From the NCBI GenBank assembly GCA_009914755.4, contig CP068257.2, forward strand, positions 41,088,001-41,152,000: a stretch of 64,000 nucleotides of DNA, in the 5' to 3' direction. Below are positions 28,060 to 41,180 of the stretch, in pieces. Every line of letters begins with the position of its first letter. Within the stretch, counting starts at the first letter, position 1. The notes beneath the pieces are model-generated. The model was not told the DNA's origin and ran no database searches. It saw nothing but the letters and a program-made list of their open reading frames with translations. The position numbers were made by a program, and so were the translations under genes. Source of the DNA: the human T2T-CHM13v2.0 reference genome, Homo sapiens.

Positions 28060-30700
28060 TATACAATTGTAGTAAATACAATTGAATTTTGTATGCTTTC
28101 CACCCTGCAAACTTGCTAAACTCGCTTCTTAGTTCTAGGAGGGTTGTGTTTTTTTGTTGTTGTTGTTTGTAGATTCATTGGGGTTTTCTATGTAGACAAC
28201 ATGTCATTGGCAAACAAGGACAGTTTTCTTTCTTCCTTTCTAATCTGTTTGCCTTTTATTTCCTTCTCTTGCCTATTGCACTGGCTAGGACTCCCAGCAC
28301 TATGTTAATTAGCAGCAGTGAGAGCAGACAGCTTTGCCTTGTGACAGTCTTAGACACCAAGCACTGAGTTTTTCACCATTAAGTACAGTTGGCTCTTCTG
28401 TATCTGTGTGTTCCATATCCATATATCCAACCAACCGCTGATCAGAAATGTTTTAAAAACAAGAAAAACAATACAAATTAGTAAACAGTACAGTATAGCA
28501 ACTCTTTACATAACATTTACATTGTATTAGGTATTCTAAGTAATCTAGAGATGATGTAGCGTGTACGGGAGGATGTGCATAGGTTATATGCAAATACTAT
28601 ACCATCTTATATAAGGAATTTGAGCATCCTTGGATTTTGGCATCCTTGTGGGGAGTCCTGGAACCAATCCCTCAGAGACACCAAGGAACAACTGTATAAT
28701 ATTGGCTGTAAGGTTATGGTTGATGCTTTTAATCAACTTGAAGAAGTTCTCCTCCATTCCTAATTTTATGAGAGTTTTCTCATGAACATGTGTTGAATTT
28801 TGTCAGATGTTTTTTATGAATTAGTTAATATGATCATGTAATTTTTCTTCTTTAGCCTGTTGATTGGAGACTACATTGATTGGTTCCCAAATATTGAGCC
28901 AACCTTATATCCCCAGAATAAACCCCACTAAATCTTGATATGCAATTATTTTTATCTATTACTGAATTCTACTTGCTATTTCATTAGTGATTTTTGTATC
29001 TATATTCATGAGGGATGTTGGCATGTAGTTTTCTTTTTGTTGTTTTTCCTTGTCTGCATTTGGTATCAGGGTAATACCAACTTCATAAAATGAATGGGGC
29101 CCAGGTGCAGTGGCTCACACCTGTAATCCCAGCACTTTGGGAGGCCAAGGCAGGCAGATCACTTGAGGCCAGGAGTTCAAGACCAGCCTGGCTAACATGC
29201 TAAAACCCCGGCTCTACTAAAAATACAAAAAATTAGCCGGGCTTAGTGGTGGGCACCTATAATCCCAGCTACTCAGGAGGCTGAGGCAGAGAATCACTTG
29301 AGCCCAGGAGGCGGAGGCTGCAGAGAGCTGGGATCATACCACTGCACTCCAGCTTGGGGGACAGAGTGAGACTCAGTCTCAAAAAAAAAAAAAAAAAAGA
29401 ATGGTAGTGTTCCCTCCTCTTCTGTTTTCTTGAAGATATTGTTAGAATCATGTTGACTTTTTAAACATTTGGTAGAATTCTCTATAAATGTTTAGAACCA
29501 TCTTGGCCTGGACATTTCGTTTTGGGGAGTTTTTAAATTACAAATTGACTTTTGCTATAGGTTGTTTAAATTACCTGTTTGATATTGAATGAGTTGTAGT
29601 ACCTCATGCTTCTCTAGGAGTTGGTCCATTTTATTGAAGATGTCAGAGTTATGTGTGTAGAGGCATTTGTAGTGTTCCCGTATTATCCTTTTGATGTCTG
29701 CAGGGTCTGTAGTGATGTTCCCTCTTTCATTCCTGATATTGACAGTCTGTGTCTTCCCTCTAATTGTTTCTTTGTCAGTCTTGCTAGAAGTTTGACAATT
29801 TCTTATTTTCAAATACCTAGCTCTGTTTTGTTGATTTTCTGCATTGTTTTTCTGTTTTCTGTTACCGGGATTTCTATTCCCCTATCTTTGTGATTTCCCT
29901 CCTTCCTTCCTTTGCTATCATTGTGGGTTTACTTTGCTCTTCTTTTCCTGGGTGCTCATGGTGGGATCTTGGCTTATTGAGTTGAGATTTTTCCTCTCTT
30001 CAAATGAAAGCCCATAGTGCTATAAATTTCCCTCTCAGCATTGCTTTAGTCATGTCCCACAGCTAAGTTTTGTGTTGTATTTTCATTTTTATTGAGTTCA
30101 ATGTCTTTTTAATTTTCCCTTGAGACTTCCTCTTTGACCCTTAAGTTATTTAGAAGTGTGTTGTTAAGTTTCCACGTGTTTGGAGATTTGTCTGCTATCT
30201 TTCTGTTATTGATTTCTACTTTGATCCTCGTGTGGTCAGAGGACATGCTCTGTATAGCCTCAGTTCCTTTAGATTGGGTGAGATTTCCTGTATAGCCCAG
30301 GATATGGTCAATCTTGGTACATGCTCTGTAGGTGCCTGAAATGAACATAGCACTCTGCTGCTGTTGGGTGAAGTGGTCTGTAAATATTCATCATTTGATG
30401 GACTTCTAAATTTATCTCAAGACTCTGAGATCATTTACTCTCAAAGGTTATGTGATACGCTACCTTTTCCAGACAATTCCTAAGTGATCTAAACCCCTGC
30501 TGAGTTCACCAAGTGGCCTGTAAAACCCTATGATGATTCTTGTTGATGGGAGCCATCTTCCCCCACTAGTAGGTGTGGGCCTTTCTTAAGGTGAGGGCCT
30601 TGAGCTCGCACCAGTTCAACCTATGGCTGTATGAAAATTTTCTGGCTGACATTTTTACGCTTGTACCTTCAAGAAATATAACAAAACATCATTTTTCTTC
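28060..30700 (-). mobile_element. L1 element (5' half with EN-domain and ORF2 N-terminal regions), antisense, with an Alu nested at 29097-29398.
   Basis: Minus-strand ORF 30109-30348 reads ..SKIDHILG..SDHTRIKVEINNRK..WKLNNTLLNN.. (L1 ORF2 EN domain). Minus-strand ORF 29555-29812 reads ..GNITTDPADIKRIIREHYKCLY.. (L1 ORF2). Confidence 0.85.
29097..29398 (+). mobile_element. Alu SINE nested inside the L1 above.
   Basis: GGCCCAGGTGCAGTGGCTCACACC ... A21 tail. Confidence 0.88.
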
Positions 30701-31262
30701 TTCTTATCAAGTCATAGAATGCTAAAGGCAGCGGGAATCTAGGGTGATCTGGTCTACCCTCTCGTTTGACAGGTGAAGCAATGAGGTGTTGCGAAGTTAA
30801 ACTGATTAGTTTTTTTTAATTTTTTAAATGAAATTAATATACGTTAATTATAGAAAATGCATAAGAAAAAGGGGAAATGCATAAGATAGAGGGAAGCAAA
30901 CATTTTTAAATAAAATTTATATAAAACTTATAACCAAAGATGACTACTATTTTTATTTTGGAGTATACTCTCCCAATATGTTTTCAAAAGCAGGATCACT
31001 CTCTATGACTGCTTTAAAATCTTTTTTTTGTACTTTAACAACAGACATGAACATTTTTCAAAATATTATTTCTAATAGCAAAATATCATTCCAGATATAT
31101 GTCTGATGATACAGTTTTCTCATCATTTATTTAATGAGTCTCCATTGGGTGGGCGTGCAGGTTGTGACAGTTTTCTCTGTGTTAAATAACACTGTGATGA
31201 ATATCTTTTGTGTACATGCATGATGATTTCCTAGAAATGGGACCCTGGGTCAGTGCTTGTGA

Positions 31263-31693
<431 letters not shown>

Positions 31694-32150
31694 TAGAAGA
31701 TGATGTAAACTTATGACTAAGCCTGGTGTGGGCTCTCGGTGTTCTGGGGCATGAGCTAGAGGATGGCTGGAGCCAGGTAGAGACCGCTCCCTTCCTTAGA
31801 ATGTCACCTTGCTGACAAGGACAGCGCTGTGAGCATCCACACCTTCCTGTGAGGTATCTGGCATTGAGCCTGGTCAGGAAACAGGAAGACAAGCAGGTTC
31901 CATTGAGCCTGGGACCTGGACCTTGTAAAGCCAGCCACCCAGCCCAGTTTTACAGGCCAGGCAACAAAGGGAGCAACCGGCTGGACCCAGGCCTGCCTCC
32001 CCCGTGCAGACCCGCCGTGAGAACACCGTGTTCTGAATTGAGACGTGCCTTGCACTCACTTTGTCCCAGTAATTGCCCCCATAAAATAGACCTGGACACT
32101 AAGAGGAAACTTCCCATATTTGGAAACCCAGTCCTGCCTGCTTTTTATAG

Positions 32151-32330
32151 CTGGTGTCGAGGACAAGAGAACCACAAGCCGTGGCCAGTCTGCTGAGAGA
32201 CCACTGAGGGACAGACGGGTTGTGGGCCTGGAGCAGCCCCGGAGGGAAGGAGCATTTGAAAGTGGACAGGTAGAGCCCAGGCCCAGAGAGCCCCAGGGCT
32301 GCTACCAGGAAGGCCAGCGCATCCCTCCAG
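32151..32330 (+). CDS. PDE9A: PDE9A internal coding exon (180 nt). Encodes AGVEDKRTTSRGQSAERPLRDRRVVGLEQPRREGAFESGQVEPRPREPQGCYQEGQRIPP. Probably exon 5 of the canonical 20-exon transcript; the number is inferred, not verified.
   Basis: Acceptor tttttatag|CT and donor CAG|gtaacg. Translation matches the remembered PDE9A1 N-terminal region about aa 88-147. Phase is consistent with the next exon. Confidence 0.88.
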
Positions 32331-32450
32331 GTAACGGGCAGCTCCTCGGCCACAGCCTCCACCCCCCAACACGTGGGATTCGGGCTGCAATGGCCTACAC
32401 ATCTTTTCCTCTTGTCCGTATTCCATCTGTCTTTCTTCTTTGGTTTGTAG

Positions 32451-32505
32451 AGAGAGAAGAATTAATCCAGAGCGTGCTGGCGCAGGTTGCAGAGCAGTTC
32501 TCAAG
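32451..32505 (+). CDS. PDE9A: PDE9A coding exon (55 nt), encoding (E)REELIQSVLAQVAEQFS(R).
   Basis: Acceptor tggtttgtag|AG and donor CAAG|gtacag. The reading frame is continuous with the flanking exons. Confidence 0.88.
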
Positions 32506-33014
32506 GTACAGAGTCTTCTAAACTTACAACCAGCCAGAGATGGGCACATCTTTCTCTAAGAGCGAGGGCAGGCCCCAGGCTCTGAGGCTGGCCTTGGCCG
32601 GCAAGCGTGGCTGTCTCACCTGCCTGGAGGAGCTGCCCGCACGGTGGAAGCCTTCTGTGGCTTCTGTAACTAAGCCAGCTTGGATGGGGCCCAGGAAACG
32701 CTCACCTTAGACCAAAGACCATGTTGAGTGGGTGCATTAGAATGTGAGCTCGTGAGGTCGAGAATGTTCTCCACCGGCTCTTCTGGGATGGGAGAACAAG
32801 CTATAAGAATTGGCTCCACTGGAAAATAAGCTTCCTCGCTGAGCTTCTGTGTAGTTAGGAGACTTCCTTTTCATCGGAGTCATCCCAACAATCCTGACCT
32901 GGATACCCTATTTTCCATTTCTCAAACTGACTTCTCTGTGGCGTCTTACTGCCCAGGTTAATTAAAATAGTGAAAAGCACAGACGGGTGGGATTTTTTAA
33001 AAACCTTTGAATTG

Positions 33015-33314
<300 letters not shown>

Positions 33315-33736
33315 AACCTTTGAATTGTTTAACTGACTGGGTTGGAGCCTCCAGAGAGCACAACAGGTCCTCCGAAGGTGTCTGTGCCCATCAGGGGAAG
33401 GTGCGGGGACTGGACCATCTCAACTGCATGAGCAGAGAGAGGGCCATGTGTCCACCCCAGAGAGCTTGGGTCCACTGCTCAGGCCCGAAGAAGTAAATAT
33501 GCCCAACCAGCCCAGAAAATACACCTCATGATACTTTGGTGATTCTTTCCTCCCCATGGGACATGATGATTTCTGAAAAGCAAGTCCTAGCATGTTGGCA
33601 CCTCAGACCCTCACCAGCCCACCTAGAGGCCTTGCCCATGCCCACAGCAGGGACTCAGTAGGTGTTTGCTTAACCGGTTTTGGCTCTGAGAATTTTAAGG
33701 GTCATATTTACTCTCTCTTTTCTTTTTCATTCCTAG

Positions 33737-33807
33737 AGCATTCAAAATCAATGAACTGAAAGCTGAAGTTGCAAATCACTTGGCTGTCCTAGAGAAACGC
33801 GTGGAAT
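33737..33807 (+). CDS. PDE9A: PDE9A coding exon (71 nt), encoding (R)[23 protein letters not shown](L).
   Basis: Acceptor cattcctag|A and donor GAAT|gtgagtg. The phase links correctly to the exons at 32451 and 44146. Confidence 0.9.
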
Positions 33808-34227
33808 GTGAGTGACGTTTCTGTTTCCTTTTTGCTTCTCTGTCCTTTAACCTCTATTCAAATTAACCACTTGGAACGGGGAGGAGTTCAGTGCCGAAGG
33901 TAAATACAAATAAATGTCTTTTCTTTGTGAAATACTTGAAAATTACCTTTGATGTTAACAAAGGCTAGCACAGTGACTAACTAAGCATTTTATTTCTATT
34001 TTAAAAGAAGCACAGCTCATGGTATAAAGCATTCTTTCAGCCCCAAAGAATAAAAATGAACACACGAAGCCTTCCGCACTTAGCCCCTCTGAGAACCTCT
34101 GCTGAGTGTCTTGTCTGTGTCTTTTTGTGTGTAAATGAAGACATTCTCTGCACACTGATCGGCACCCTGTGGGTCATAATTTTTTGGAATATGTCTACTA
34201 AGTTGTTATCTCTTGGTTTCTGATACA

Positions 34228-34595
34228 GTCTGGATGTCCCCTCCACATCTCACGTTGAAATGTCATTCGCAATGTTGGAGGTGGGGCTGGTGGGAGGTGT
34301 TTGGGTCACCAGGCAGATGCCTCCTAAATGGCTTGGTGCTCTCCTTGAGATAGTGAGTTCTCGCAAGATCTGGTTGTTTAAAAGCACGTGGCATCTCTCT
34401 ACCCTCCTGCTTCTCCGTTGCCTTCCACCATGATTGGAGGCTTCTCGAGGCCTCCCCAAGAGCCAAGCAGATGCCGGCACCAGGCTTCCTGTAAAGCCCA
34501 CAGAACTGGGAGCCAATCAAACCTCTTTTGCTTATAAATTGCCCAGCCTCAGGTATCTCTTTATAGCAACAGAAGAACAGCCTACTACAGCCTCC
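34228..34595 (+). mobile_element. Diverged MaLR-type solo LTR (MST/MLT-like).
   Basis: Shares its structure and phrases with the THE1/MST LTR at 54968 (..gtcccc.ccacatctca..ttgaaatgt...tggaggtgggg...ctcgaggcctcccc..ataaattgcccagcctcaggtatctctttatagcaacag). Confidence 0.6.
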
Positions 34596-37500
34596 AATCA
34601 CCACCAAAGGAAAAGCAGAAAAAGGACTAGGGAGCCAAGGAGTGTCGATTCAAGTCCTGATTCAATGATCACAAAGCTCAAATTCTGGGAAGAAAACAGC
34701 TTCAAGTCACCCACCCTTTTTGTCCTCATCCATAATATCAAGATCAATGCTTGAATTCCATAGGCCTCACAATTCTGTGTTCCACTCACAGCTTGACAAG
34801 TGAACTCTTTGTCAATGACAAGGCAAAGGTTAATGATTAACAGGCACTGTATTTACCAACTTAGGAACTAAATAAACAGAATCCAGACAGGATACCATTA
34901 AGAGTTGCAGCATCACCAAAAATATCTGGCTGATTGACTGAATGTCGTCGCTTTTCTTTTTCTTTTTTTGAGAGACAGAGTCTTGCTCTGTTGTCCAGGC
35001 TGGAGTGCAATAGCACAATCTTGGCTCAATGCAACCTTCGCCTCCTGGGTTCAAGTGATTCTCCTGAAACATGATTTACATAGTCAGATTTATACTTTTC
35101 AAAGTGTGTTGACATTTCTAAAAATGTATGTGGTCACTGGATCTTCAAGACAGTTTCATTTTCCCCATTGTCAACGAGGAAGCCACAGAGAGGTTAGGTA
35201 ACCTCAAGTTCACTCAGCAAATTAGAAAAATAAATAAAGCTGGGACTGGCACCCAGGGTCCTGGCCGGGCTGCTGTCACTGCCTGCTACCTGCCCTTCTG
35301 GAACGAGTCACTTCCCTGCACACCTGGCTGAAGAGGACCAGGCACTCCATGAGGATTCCTTGATAACGCAGGTTAGAAAGCTAAAGCTGCAAGCAACAGA
35401 AACTGATCGTGGCTGCTTTCAACAGAAAAGGAGTTTTTCCCTAAAGGATTTTGGGAAGCTTCCCCAGATCCCCAGGAAGGCTTGGGAACAGGGCTCAGAG
35501 GTTGTGCAGCAGCAACAATTCCCCAAATCCCGTGCAGAGCTGATGCTGTGCGGATGCCTGTGCTGCCGTCTCTGAGCCCCAGATGCGGCACCAGCTCCCC
35601 TGTACTCCTCACTCTGGACCTAGGTCCCCCGGAGGCTCCACAACCACTTATGCAGATATCAGGCTGCTTCTCCATGTCACTGGCTACAGGTTCAAAATCT
35701 AGACAGAGCCAGGCCACGCACCCAAGGTCTAGCTGCAAGGCAGGCCCCACGAAGGGAGGCTGTGAGTATCCTGAAGCTGCCTCACAAAGCACCACAGACT
35801 GGGAGGCTTAAGCATCAAAAACTGACTCTTTCACAGCTCTGCAGGCCAGAAGTCAGAAATCAAGGCATGAGCATGACTGGCTATTTCTGGAGGCTCTGAG
35901 GGGCCCTGGTTCCATGCCTGTCTCCTAGAACCTTGTGGTTCCCAGCAATCCTTACCGTTCCTGAGCTTGGAAGGCTACATTGCTATAATCTCTGCCTGTG
36001 TCTACACGTGATGACATTCTCCCAGGATGTCTCCATGTCAACAGTCTCTCTCAGCTAGGTCTTATAAAGATGCCTCTCTTTGAATTTAGGGCCCAACCTA
36101 AATCCAGGATGGGCCCATCTCCAGATCCCTAATGGATTATATCTGCCAAGGACCTTTTTCTACATAAGGTCCCATTCACAAGTTCCAGGGAGTAGGTTGT
36201 GAACAGATCTTTCTGGAGGACACAATTCAACCCACCACAGCGAGTGTTTGCATTTCCATATTCTGCACTGGGAGGCTGGCTCAGCTCTCCACCAAGCCCC
36301 ATGTCGCAGGGAATTCTCCAAACTTGGGTAGGGGTTTGAGCCAAAGCATGCAAAAAAGGCTTGCTGCAGAGTCCCCACCCCTCTTTACGGACACAAAAAG
36401 CCACGCAGTCACTACGGGGCGAGTGTGCAGATGCCCGCGGGCAGCAGGTGCCTCCCACCTCTCCTCCTCTCTCCAGCACCTGGGTTTTTCCTCAGCCTTC
36501 CCCATCTCCTACGCCCCACCTGGAAGCCAGTGCCAGCTCCCCCCATGCTCTTCCCGGAAAGTGCAAACAGGCAAGTTGAAGAGGCCATGTCGTAACTCTC
36601 AAAACTCTTACAGAGAATTATGTCGCCCACAACAAGATGAATAGTAACCCTGTGTGTCTTTGAATAACTGACCCTGGAAAATAACCATCAAGCCAGAAGA
36701 AAAGTGTTCCTATTTTACCTGCAAGTGGCAGGTGAGTCGAAGACCACTGAAGGAAATGGCCCATAGGACCTTCCCCCCTAGCCTGTTCTGGCTGCGGAAT
36801 TCTCCAAAATTTCTCACTTCTCAGAGGGAAGCATCTTCCCATAAAACCCTCAGTAAATGCACATAGATGGCCTGGAAAAGGACACCGCTCTTGACCCACC
36901 GAGCTCAGGCTCACTGCACTGACCAAAATTCCTGGCGCTTCTATGGGTAAAACCGGTTGTGACTAGTTGTACTGATTTCTAGCACCAGAGACCTAGGACT
37001 GCAGAAATGGGATTGAGGGAGCTCACCTCTCTAAGGAGTAGAGAAGGAGGAACAGTCTAGGAGTTGTGGAGGGTAAGGGAGGGGCTTGGGTGAGGTCAGG
37101 GGGGACTCTCCTCAGTCCTCCTGGCTGCCCTCCTCCCCTGGCATGCAACTCACACCCCCACCCCAGGAGGCAGCCATGTCCAGACAGGCTGTCCTCCTCC
37201 TGAACTCCACCTGGCTTTGGGCTCATCCTCCCCGGGCACTTCTGGCTGATGGCTCCCCACTCTCCAGCGGATGTGCTTTAGCGGGAGGTGGCCAGGATGC
37301 TGCACCTGTGCTGAGCCCCAGAGATTCTGAGTTCCAGAGACACTACAAGGGCAGCAGAGCCGTAACCCAAAGATGCAAGAGCCCAGACATTTTAGGAAGC
37401 TTGGAGGGCAGAAACGGAAAGTCCTTTTGAGGAGAGGGCCTGCAGCTGAACCTCTCATGCAGGCCACTGGGTAGGTGCGCGCCCAGCTTCTCAGAAGGTC

Positions 37501-37825
37501 AGTCCCAACCCTGCACGGCTGCCAGAAGCTAGCCAGATGGGGAAGGCGGCCAGGAGCCTGGTCCGACACCCCGATGCACAGGGCCTGGGCCAGAGGCAGA
37601 TGCTCCCATCTACATATGCACACACACATATAAACACAAACAGAGAAAGGTGCACATGCACTCACATATACACATGTGAAATCACACAGGCATGTCAGGA
37701 TGTCACATATACATGCACACGTGTAAGCACCCAGGCACGTGCAGATACATTCATATATATGATCACATACACACACATGCGCACACACAGCTGCTTCTGC
37801 TATACATGAGCTGCTGTGAGCTGTT

Positions 37826-38138
37826 TTGTTTTGTCTTGTCTTGTTTTTGTTGTTGTTTGAGACGGAGTTTTGCTCTTTGGCCCAGGCTAGAGAGAAGTGG
37901 CGTGATCTTGGCTCACTGCAACCTCTGCCCCCCGAAGACAGGACACTTCTGTCTCAGCCTCCCAAGTAGCTGGGATTATAGGCGCCCGCCACCATGTCCG
38001 GCTAATTTTTGTATTTTTAGTAGAGATGGGGTTCCGCCATGTTGGCCAGGCTGGTCTCGAACTCCTGACCTCAGGTGATCGACCCGCCTCGGCCTCCCAA
38101 AGTGCTGAGATTACAGGCGTGAGCCATTGTGCCCGGCC
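37826..38138 (-). mobile_element. Alu SINE with TSD agctgtttt.
   Basis: Alu reverse complement. The TSD lies on both flanks. Confidence 0.88.
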
Positions 38139-38929
38139 AAGCTGTTTTCTGCCTCTTGAGTTAAAGGATTCATCCACTAGAACTGGCCACCTTAAGGCCA
38201 TATTATATTGTGGTGGACTTGTCTTAAATGGAATTTCCTGCTTCTTCTTAAATGTATAATTCCTCTGAATTGAATATAAATTTCTTCATTTCTCCTCATT
38301 GACTTTCAAAGCTCTTCTTCCTTTTGATATACAAAGTTTAGCCTTGTTCGAGAGATCTGGGATTTCCCTTACGTTACGGATTATTTTGTAAACAGAACAC
38401 CCAGGCTCCTCCCCTCATGTCCTGGCTGGAGGTGAAACATTAAAAAGAGATTTTAAAGCAGGGCCCTTTACTCCCTTCCTTCCTGGTTTGTGGCCAGGGC
38501 ACAGGGCAGCTCTGCTCCATCCACCCTTTGTCCCTGTGCTCTGGGCTTGGACCAAAACCTAAACACAGCGTGGGCCGTGGCAGGAGCTGACCGGCTGGGG
38601 CAAAGTTTAACACAGGCCATACAAACAGCCCAGAGCCTGGATGCTAGAACCAAGCCTTGCTTTTCTCTGTCACTCAGGAAGTGTGCTCTACGCGGGCTCT
38701 TTAGTGAGGCTCCTGGAGGAAGTGTTGAAACACAACTCTATTCATACATGTCTTTAAACAGCTTTCACTAGCTCTGTAGCCAAAGGACTGGGCCTGCCAG
38801 GTTCCCGGCCTCTTGCTGGAGCACAGTGAGGCTGGGGAAGGAGCACAGCACAGAGCCTCCTGAGCCTCGGCTCAGCTCTCCCCGACCCCCAGCTCGGCTC
38901 TCCCCACCCTCCGGCTCGGCTCTCTCTGA

Positions 38930-39408
<479 letters not shown>

Positions 39409-40536
39409 TAATACTAGCCCCACACACAGGCATGTCCTAGGGTCCACACCTGGTCAGCGGGAATAACAGGCAGCCGTGGGCTGGGCTCCCAGCCCCCTAG
39501 CAGGGTCCAGTGGGCCAGGGAGCCTCTGCTTTGGTTTGTGGTGCGTGGTCTGTGCCCGCCTGTGTTCAGCGTTTGAAGGCAGAGGAGCGGGCCATGATGG
39601 GCAGAGCCGACGTCCAGGCTCCACGGTAGGGCCGTCCTGCTGCTGTCTGCAGACCTCTCAGGCTTGAGGCCCCCCGCCCCACAGGACTGGCCCGCTCCTC
39701 CCTCTGGATTGAGGTGGAGCAGGGCTGGCAGTGGGTCGAAGAGGGGAGCTGTGGAATCTTCCCCAAAGCAGCCGGGTGTCCTGGAAAGGCCAGGGAGTGA
39801 GGAGGCAGGACCCCCGGGGACACAGGCACACACATCCACCACATGCTCACCTCTGCCTCCTCCTGCAGACCTCCCCGCCAGCCCCGTCATTTCATGGCAT
39901 CTTGCTTTCTCTTCATTGAGGAATGCACTTTTGCAATGTTGTTACTCACTATCCATCTACTTGGCCAACAGCCTCTTCATAAACTTAATTGCCACAAATT
40001 CTGCATCTCTGGGATGCAAACTAGTGAAGCTGTGCTGTGTCACCCAGGAGGCTTAATTTTAACATCACCTCAATAGGTAGCCAGGGAAGCGGATCTCGGT
40101 GGACTCTGCACTGTCAATACAAACGCTATGCACCCATCAAAAACCATGAGCTGGCTTAAAACAGAGCCTTGTATGGACATGGGAAAAAAATTATAGGTTT
40201 GTTGCAAACTCATTTAGCAGCAAAAATGTGATCTGAACTGACATGAAGCCCTTGGTATTTATTTATCCTGCTCAGTATGATAAATAGCATTTTCCTCGGG
40301 GGATAAAAAGAAAAACGTGAGCTGCGACAGCAGCCACTAACATGGGGAAGGGCCGTGACCTCCTGATGAGTGAAAATAGCAAGTTAGAAAACAACAAATT
40401 TTATCTTTTAAAATTAATAATAGATATATAGATACATAGACACACACAGGATGGATAGAAGCTAGATAGATACATACATACATAGATACATACATAGATA
40501 GATACTATATAGATATGTAAATAGAAAGATAGGTAG

Positions 40537-40847
40537 AGGCTGGGTGCAGTGGCTCATGCCTAAAGTGGTTCCCCAGCACTTTGGGAGGTGAAGGCAGGAG
40601 GATTGCTTTAGCCCAGGAGTTCAAGACCATCCTGGGCAACATGGCAAAACCCCATCTCTACAAAAAATACAAAAATTAGCCAGGTGTGGCGGTGCACCCC
40701 TTTAGACCCTGTTATTCAGGAGGCTGAAGTGGCAGGATCACTTGAACCTAGGAGGTAAAGGTTGCAGTGAGCTGTGATTGTTCCACTGCACTCCAGCCTG
40801 GGTGACAGGGCAAGCCCCTGTCTCAAAAAAAAAAAAAGAAAAGAAAA
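40537..40847 (+). mobile_element. Alu SINE inserted into the GATA-rich tract upstream of the STR, with a perfect 13-bp TSD gaaagataggtag.
   Basis: Begins GGCTGGGTGCAGTGGCTCA and ends in an A-rich tail. The identical direct repeat gaaagataggtag lies on both flanks. Confidence 0.85.
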
Positions 40848-41069
40848 GAAAGATAGGTAGATACATAGAATGGGTGGATAGAGAGATAGAACGGATAGAA
40901 AAATAGGATGGATAAATAGAACATAGGTAGATACATAAATATGATGAATGCATAGATGGATGGGTGGATGGATGGATGGATGGATGGATGGATGAATGGA
41001 TAGATGAATGGATGGATAGATAGTAGATAAATGGATGGATGGATAGATACACAGTAGGTAGGTAGGTAG

Positions 41070-41112
<43 letters not shown>

Positions 41113-41116
41113 ACAG

Positions 41117-41169
<53 letters not shown>

Positions 41170-41180
41170 ACAGGATGAAT
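40830..41180. repeat. Compound tetranucleotide STR with (GGAT)n about 8 units at 40962-41000 and two (GATA)n runs of about 10 and 12 units at 41073-41168. Probably the clinical marker D21S1411.
   Basis: Perfect tetranucleotide runs are visible. Flanks at 40941-40962 (atgatgaatgcatagatggatg) and 41208-41226 (gcctggaaggacacacatt) match the D21S1411 QF-PCR primers as I remember them. The implied amplicon is about 286 bp. Confidence 0.7.

Noticed and set aside
28060-30700. L1 ORF2-like reading frames (EN domain, and an internal ORF2 segment downstream of the EN domain) as possible active retrotransposon genes.
   Set aside because: The frames are short and broken, with many stops, an Alu nested inside, and divergence from L1HS. 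It is an old, dead L1 fragment.
37150-37788. 212-aa minus-strand ORF rich in Cys/His/Thr ([18 protein letters not shown]...).
   Set aside because: It is produced by translating a CA/TG-rich imperfect microsatellite (37600-37800) and adjacent GC-rich sequence. It is a periodic low-complexity artefact.
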